From Candidatus Hydrogenedens sp. (GTDB taxonomy: Bacteria > Hydrogenedentota > Hydrogenedentia > Hydrogenedentales > Hydrogenedentaceae): a DNA stretch of 64,000 nucleotides. A program made the position numbers and the translations under genes. The notes beneath the pieces are model-generated. The model did no database searches. It was not told the origin of the DNA and worked only from the letters and a program-made list of their open reading frames with translations. The DNA lies in NCBI GenBank assembly GCA_049968235.1, contig JBMFRC010000011.1, forward strand, positions 35,251 through 99,250. The letters run 5' to 3'. Position 1 is the stretch's first letter. Each line of letters begins with the position of its first letter. Below are positions 58,561 to 64,000 of this stretch, piece by piece.

Positions 58561-60234
58561 TTAACATTCAAAAACGGCACCCGTATCTGCACTTGTAACA
58601 AATTTCTGATATCTTTTCAGCCAACCCGTAAGTTTTCGGTCAGGGGGAGGAGGTAATTGTGCTTTTCTTCGCACTAATTCCGATTCATCTACCAATAGAT
58701 TGATTTTTCGTGAAGGTATATCGATTTCAATCTTATCGCCATTTTGAACCAGGGCTATGGGTCCCCCTGCAGCCGCTTCGGGACTTACATGTCCAATACA
58801 GGCTCCACGGGTCCCTCCCGAAAAACGACCATCTGTAATTAAACTCACTGAATTCCCCAAACCTTTTCCCATAATGGCAGAGGTAGGTGCTAACATTTCA
58901 CGCATACCGGGTCCTCCCTTGGGACCTTCGTAACGAATCACAACGACATCTCCCGGTTTAACCTTATCACTTAAAATACCCATCATGGCTTCTTCTTCGC
59001 TTTCAAAAACAACCGCAGGTCCTGTATGTTTCAAAATTGAAGGGTCAACTCCTGCCTGTTTAACTACAGAACCGTTGGGGGCTAAATTTCCAAATAGGAC
59101 AGCCAACCCACCTGTAGGACTATATGGATTTTCAAGGGTGCGGATTACTTCCCTATCTTTAGAACGACAGCCCTGAATATTCTCCCCTAAGGTCCTTAAT
59201 GTTACAGTCTTACAATCCAGATGTAGGGAACCCTCTTTAAGGGATAACTCTCCCAAAATGGCAGAAATTCCTCCTGCACGGTCTACATCTTCCATATGAT
59301 ATTTTGATGATGGAGATACCTTGCAGATATTGGGAACACGAGTAGATACCTCGTTAATTCGAGCAAAAGGATAATCTACTCCCGCTTCATGGGCTATTGC
59401 TAATGTATGTAATACCGTATTGGTAGAACCTCCCATTGCCATATCTAAAGCAAATGCATTGTCAATAGCTTCGCTGGTAATAATATCTCGGGGTTTCAGA
59501 TCTGCTTCGACAAGTTTTAAAATCTGTCTACCTGCTTTACGAACCAATTCTTTCCTTTCGGGAGTATCTGCAAGAATAGAACCATTGCCGGGCAGAGCAA
59601 TGCCAATGGCTTCACACAAACAGTTCATGGAATTGGCTGTGAACATTCCGGAACAGGAACCACATCCCGGACAGGCATTGCGTTCCAATTCCTCCAATTC
59701 TGCATCAGATAAATTTCCTTGCATATAACTTCCCACACCTTCAAAAACACTTATTAAATCTACAATCTTTCCATCCTTTAATCGTCCAGCACGCATAGGA
59801 CCCCCTGAAACAAATATAGTTGGTATATTGCACCGAACTGTTCCCATTAACATTCCCGGAACAATCTTATCGCAATTAGGAATACATACCAATCCATCAA
59901 ACGGATGTGCCTTTACCATAGTTTCAAGAGAATCAGCGATTAATTCACGGGAAGGAAGACTGTATTTCATACCCCCATGTCCCATTGCAATCCCATCATC
60001 GACACCAATTACATTGAACTCAAAAGGGATTCCACCTGCCTCAATTATGGCTTCTTTAACAATCTGACCCAATACATTAAGATGGACATGACCGGGAATA
60101 ATCTCAACAAAACTATTACATACACCAATAAAAGGCTTGTTAAAGTCTGATGAATGTTTTATTTTACCCGTAGCCCATAATAATGAGCGATGGGGAGCTC
60201 TTTCAAAACCTTTTTTAAAAATATCACTACGCAT
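58561..60234 (-). CDS. ilvD: dihydroxy-acid dehydratase
   Basis: IlvD/EDD family: N-terminal MRSD...RSLLWATG, Cys ligands for the Fe-S cluster (CDKIVPG, CPGCGSC), 557 aa. Confidence 0.95.
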   Translation of the reverse strand: MRSDIFKKGFERAPHRSLLWATGKIKHSSDFNKPFIGVCNSFVEIIPGHVHLNVLGQIVKEAIIEAGGIPFEFNVIGVDDGIAMGHGGMKYSLPSRELIADSLETMVKAHPFDGLVCIPNCDKIVPGMLMGTVRCNIPTIFVSGGPMRAGRLKDGKIVDLISVFEGVGSYMQGNLSDAELEELERNACPGCGSCSGMFTANSMNCLCEAIGIALPGNGSILADTPERKELVRKAGRQILKLVEADLKPRDIITSEAIDNAFALDMAMGGSTNTVLHTLAIAHEAGVDYPFARINEVSTRVPNICKVSPSSKYHMEDVDRAGGISAILGELSLKEGSLHLDCKTVTLRTLGENIQGCRSKDREVIRTLENPYSPTGGLAVLFGNLAPNGSVVKQAGVDPSILKHTGPAVVFESEEEAMMGILSDKVKPGDVVVIRYEGPKGGPGMREMLAPTSAIMGKGLGNSVSLITDGRFSGGTRGACIGHVSPEAAAGGPIALVQNGDKIEIDIPSRKINLLVDESELVRRKAQLPPPPDRKLTGWLKRYQKFVTSADTGAVFEC

Positions 60235-60327
60235 ATCTCGATTCCTTGTTTTACAAGTTTATAAATTTAGATTTGAAAATTCTATCATATATATAATGTT
60301 AAAATAAAAGAAAAGGAAATATATGGA

Positions 60328-61269
60328 ATGCCATTTACTCCAATTAAAGAACTCCCCGCCAATTTTAATCTCTTCTTAAGAAAAATAATTCATAATGAAT
60401 CGTATCGTTTCGGTAAATATATACATGAGTTTCTTCCTTTCTTGAATCCACTCACTTATACTCGCCTTATAGAACTTCCCTATATTGAATGCTTGCAGGA
60501 TTCTTATTCCGGAAAAAATCCCTCCACTTTTATTATTGCTTCTTGTAATAACCCAAATACTCGTCGTGAAGTACTCTTATTGGAACACCTTGAAAATGAT
60601 AATCGGGATAACTTTGAACTTTTCATAAATGGACTTCTTCAATACTGGAGGGACCATCAGATACAGGAAATCATTTTTGATATTCCGGTTCCTATGTACT
60701 ATTTTTTAGACCAAATTTTATGCCCATTATCTTTTCAATCTATACCCCGTCTTATCATGATTCGGGAATTATCAAAATCTGACATCACTGAAATTCAGGA
60801 TAAAAACATTTCTATTATTTCTGTAGGAGAAATTCCTTCCGCTTTTCAGTGTTTATCATCTGCATACCAGAATACAACATGGAAATACCTTCATCCAGAA
60901 GTCAACTATACTTACGATGGATTTAAGTTTCTGGAAAACTTAATAAATATCCACAAGGATACGGGGTGTCCTGCGGTCCTCCAATATAAATTAAATAATC
61001 AAACCATTGGAATTCTTTTGGGGAACTATACTGGGTTACAAAGTGCCTGCCTTATCCATTTAGCAGTTCACCCATCATACCGCCGGCAGGGGATTGCCAC
61101 ACTACTTCTTCGAACATGGTGTTTTTTAATTTACCAACAAGGTATAAAAAATATTTTTCTCTGGACACATCTGACCAATCCTGCATTAAAACTTTATCGA
61201 AAAGAACATTTCCGTTCTCTGCATGCTTATCCAGCATTCTACTATAACTCACAAAAGGATTCTTTATGA
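60328..61269 (+). CDS. GNAT-family N-acetyltransferase with an N-terminal extension
   Basis: C-terminal GNAT motif A (IHLAVHPSYRRQGIATLLL). N-terminal about 200 aa unassigned. Confidence 0.6.
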   Translation: MPFTPIKELPANFNLFLRKIIHNESYRFGKYIHEFLPFLNPLTYTRLIELPYIECLQDSYSGKNPSTFIIASCNNPNTRREVLLLEHLENDNRDNFELFINGLLQYWRDHQIQEIIFDIPVPMYYFLDQILCPLSFQSIPRLIMIRELSKSDITEIQDKNISIISVGEIPSAFQCLSSAYQNTTWKYLHPEVNYTYDGFKFLENLINIHKDTGCPAVLQYKLNNQTIGILLGNYTGLQSACLIHLAVHPSYRRQGIATLLLRTWCFLIYQQGIKNIFLWTHLTNPALKLYRKEHFRSLHAYPAFYYNSQKDSL

Positions 61270-62222
61270 ACACAATTTTAAATACAATGAGGAAGCCTCT
61301 CTTTTTGCTTCTTTTTCTCTTCTTCTTTTTATTATTCTGGCTTTCCTGGATATTTATTTCACCTATCTTCTCACGGGCAACAGCATATAAACCATACATT
61401 CAAGAAACTACAACGGGATATATCATCTTGCAACCTTATAAAATTCAGAAATACATTCGGAAATTAGCGCCCACAGCAACCCGTTGGATAAAACAAATAC
61501 CCCGATTTACATCATTACAACCCGGCCCCATAAGGTTAGATTGGTTTCACAATCTACCCCGGGAATTCTCACTACTTTTTGACTATATACCGGGCACCGG
61601 ATTTGAAACCCATCTGATTATTCGAGAAAAAAGAAATAGCACCGCTTTTATGGAAGAACTCAATGCTTCTCATTTCCTGAACGAATTCTGTTTTATTACA
61701 TGGAGAAGTCCTTTATCTTCTCATATACAAAGAGATTTATGGGTAAATGAAGGAGTCGTTTATAAAAAAACATCTTCAATTTCCATTAGCGATTTTAATT
61801 CCTTTCCTCCTTCAGAATTGTTAACGAACAAACATTTTTTTGAATTCCTCTGGATAAATCGGGAACAAAATTCTATAGATATTCTTGAAAATCTTGTTCC
61901 ATGTTTTCCTCGATTGAACACTGCATACTTACCGGGATGGCGAAATGCATTAACTAATATAGAGTGGATTTATCTTAACTTAAATCTTATTGAAGACAAC
62001 CTTATTGCAGGAACCATCAGCATACAGCCCTTAAATCCCACTACTACAACGGAAATAAAAGAAGGCATGCTTACCTTAAAAGAATGGATACAATCTCAAC
62101 TTCCATCACCCCTTCAACTGGAAATAAACGAATCTACAAGTTCAGAGCATTTGAATTGGGAAATTCGTTTTTATGATTTTGAAATACAATTGAAAAGAGC
62201 CCTCGGTAATTTTTCAAATTAG
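61266..62222 (+). CDS. hypothetical membrane-anchored/secreted protein
   Basis: ATGA start/stop overlap with the GNAT gene; N-terminal hydrophobic segment (LFLLLFLFFFLLFWLSWIFISPIF). Confidence 0.4.
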   Translation: MNTILNTMRKPLFLLLFLFFFLLFWLSWIFISPIFSRATAYKPYIQETTTGYIILQPYKIQKYIRKLAPTATRWIKQIPRFTSLQPGPIRLDWFHNLPREFSLLFDYIPGTGFETHLIIREKRNSTAFMEELNASHFLNEFCFITWRSPLSSHIQRDLWVNEGVVYKKTSSISISDFNSFPPSELLTNKHFFEFLWINREQNSIDILENLVPCFPRLNTAYLPGWRNALTNIEWIYLNLNLIEDNLIAGTISIQPLNPTTTTEIKEGMLTLKEWIQSQLPSPLQLEINESTSSEHLNWEIRFYDFEIQLKRALGNFSN

Positions 62223-62316
62223 CGTCTATAAAGTTGGAATATTATTCAAAACTTATGTAAAATGTGTATTCATTTAGAGTTAATATATTTTCCATTTCAA
62301 CCGAAGGATGATAACC

Positions 62317-63315
62317 ATGAGTCCACAGTTAAAAAAAGGATGCCTTATTTCAATTATCGTTTTTGTAATTACATTAATTCTTTTTGGAACCATTATTACA
62401 TGGCAAATCAGCAAAAGCTACGGTTTGACATCTGCTCCTTATACCCCTATCCCCGATAAAATTTCGGACCATGCAAGTTGTCAGATTGTCGTTCGTATAC
62501 CGCCTGCCTCTCCCATTTTAGAACGAGTGCTTCCCTGGGAACAATTGAAAAAAAATACTCCCATTCCTCTACCGCAAACGACTATCCCAATGGCACTTCC
62601 TTATGAATTAGGGTTCTGGGCAACAACAGAATTTGCACGAAATCGAGTTTCATTTACACTGGCTATCAATGAAAAACGACTCGGGCCTATTGCTTACGAA
62701 ATACTTCAGAGTTCTCAACCATGGAAAGATGTTCAACAAATTGAATGGGATAAAAATGGATTACAATTTCCACAACGAGGCTATCTGTCCCTATCGGGTT
62801 CAATTAAGATTCCAGAAGGAGTGGAAGAGCGTGTACTAAAAGACTGGAAAGTCGAAAACAAAACTATTCCGAAATTAGATTCCCAATCCAAACATCTTTG
62901 TGAAATACAAATGGATTTAGTTAACGGTGATTTTCTCGTTTGGACAGCATGTATCTTGAATGCTCAAGGAACAAATTGGGAAGAAGAACTAAAAAACAAT
63001 AAATTCGCTGAAATGATATATGAAATAGCCAAAAAACTTCGCAAATTAAACATAATCATGGACACTACACCAACACCAGATGAAATGGATGTAAAGGTAA
63101 GTTTACAGGCAGACCCTGAGGTCCAGGGACAATTAGAACTCTTTCTCGGAGGAATGGGTTTCCCAATGTTTCAGGATTATTTAAAAAACCAATTCGGAAT
63201 GACCTTAGAAGGAAAACTAACCTGGGATTCCAATCAAAATGCATTAACAGGTAATTTGAAATTGAAAAATTTTGAAAAATTCTTAAAAACACAACTTACT
63301 TCTCTCATCAAATAA
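62317..63315 (+). CDS. hypothetical N-terminally anchored protein
   Basis: Start at ATG after AAGGATG (Met4 of the track ORF); single N-terminal TM (CLISIIVFVITLILFGTIITW) then a soluble domain. Confidence 0.4.
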   Translation: MSPQLKKGCLISIIVFVITLILFGTIITWQISKSYGLTSAPYTPIPDKISDHASCQIVVRIPPASPILERVLPWEQLKKNTPIPLPQTTIPMALPYELGFWATTEFARNRVSFTLAINEKRLGPIAYEILQSSQPWKDVQQIEWDKNGLQFPQRGYLSLSGSIKIPEGVEERVLKDWKVENKTIPKLDSQSKHLCEIQMDLVNGDFLVWTACILNAQGTNWEEELKNNKFAEMIYEIAKKLRKLNIIMDTTPTPDEMDVKVSLQADPEVQGQLELFLGGMGFPMFQDYLKNQFGMTLEGKLTWDSNQNALTGNLKLKNFEKFLKTQLTSLIK

Positions 63316-63430
63316 AAATACCTTCCTAAATATTTTTTCATATCGAAACAAAATATATCGTAATAAGTATATACGGTTGAGAGATAAGATATAACGGTTA
63401 TTTTTAGAAAAGCAAAAAGAAAAATATATA

Positions 63431-63480
63431 CCCGCAATTAAGTATCCCGCAAATACTAAGGCTATCACGCAAATATAAGG
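63431..63480 (+). other. three direct repeats of a 14-16 nt motif (YCMCGCAAWTAYTAAGG), possible regulator binding sites
   Basis: cccgcaattaagta / tcccgcaaatactaag / tcacgcaaatataagg at about 15-17 nt spacing, in an otherwise gene-poor 3' stretch. Confidence 0.3.
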
Positions 63481-64000
63481 AAAAAGGAACCCAACTTCTC
63501 TCCCAGACAAGGTAACTATGATATCCTTTACATTCGCTATCATTCGTGGATTCATGACTTGAATTTTATAATAACATACGCATCCCAGTTACGATAATTT
63601 CTTTATATTCCGTAGCATAGGCATTCTTATCTGTGTATAATAGCAGTATTCTATTCCTGTGTTATCGATAGCTTTGCTACCCCCTTCATAGATAAATACA
63701 AAACATCGTATATTTGATATTGCGGTGAATAACTATTCGCACCTACATAACAAATAAAATGATTCCTGTCATGGAATACTTTGGTTCTTATGCTTTTTAT
63801 TTTCTTATGCTTCATATTTAAAACCCTCTGTTTGGGAAATTGTTAATTCCGCAATATTATAAGGAGCGAAGTATTTTTAACCTAAATGTAGCACAGGGAT
63901 TCCCGTTTGCGTTTCTGCAAGCACAATCGGGACGGTTGTGTCATTCTTTCACTTCATTTTCTGTTCGCAAATTCGTGCTCAAATTATTGTGTAGGGGGGG

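Noticed and set aside
63283-63555. Minus-strand 90-aa ORF at the window end
   Set aside because: No RBS (AAAATTCA before the ATG); overlaps the 3' end of 62317..63315 by 33 nt; contains the triple direct repeat. Kept only as a possibility under the 3' region finding.
1-64000. CRISPR arrays, tRNA, rRNA, transposases, integrases, prophage genes
   Set aside because: I found no short regularly spaced direct repeats apart from the coding protein repeats. Intergenic regions are short and show no cloverleaf-like GC-rich segments. No DDE, tyrosine or serine recombinase motifs were seen in any ORF.

Overview
AT-rich bacterial chromosomal segment with dense, mostly operonic coding and no rRNA, tRNA, CRISPR array, transposase or integrase that I could recognise. 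Housekeeping genes: Gfo/Idh/MocA oxidoreductases, MtlD-like dehydrogenase, an E2/E3 pair of a 2-oxoacid dehydrogenase complex, ClpB, RpoN (sigma-54), membrane H+/Na+-pyrophosphatase, RNase III, ACP, split transketolase, class-III aminotransferase, polyprenyl synthase, ECF sigma/anti-sigma, CCA-adding enzyme and IlvD. Interspersed are an accessory-looking cell-surface module: two giant secreted proteins (1122 aa and about 2600 aa) with acidic EG-x-PEG linkers, dockerin/EF-hand-like Ca-binding repeats and 11 tandem Ig-like domains, plus a small dockerin-like protein, a WbsX-like glycoside-hydrolase-like secreted protein, a YfhO-family membrane protein and an outer-membrane beta-barrel. Other points: a clean sigma-54 -24/-12 promoter in front of clpB; a thioredoxin-family gene interrupted by a T10 homopolymer; a MrfA(YprA)/MrfB(YprB)-like helicase-exonuclease pair; a PlsC-like acyltransferase followed by an aminotransferase/transketolase operon bracketed by two paralogous SCP2-like proteins; and an uncharacterised four-gene operon ending in a Cys-rich GMC oxidoreductase. 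Coordinates of internal starts were derived from the supplied ORF track by amino-acid offsets. No database searches were possible; family assignments rest on motifs I recognise.
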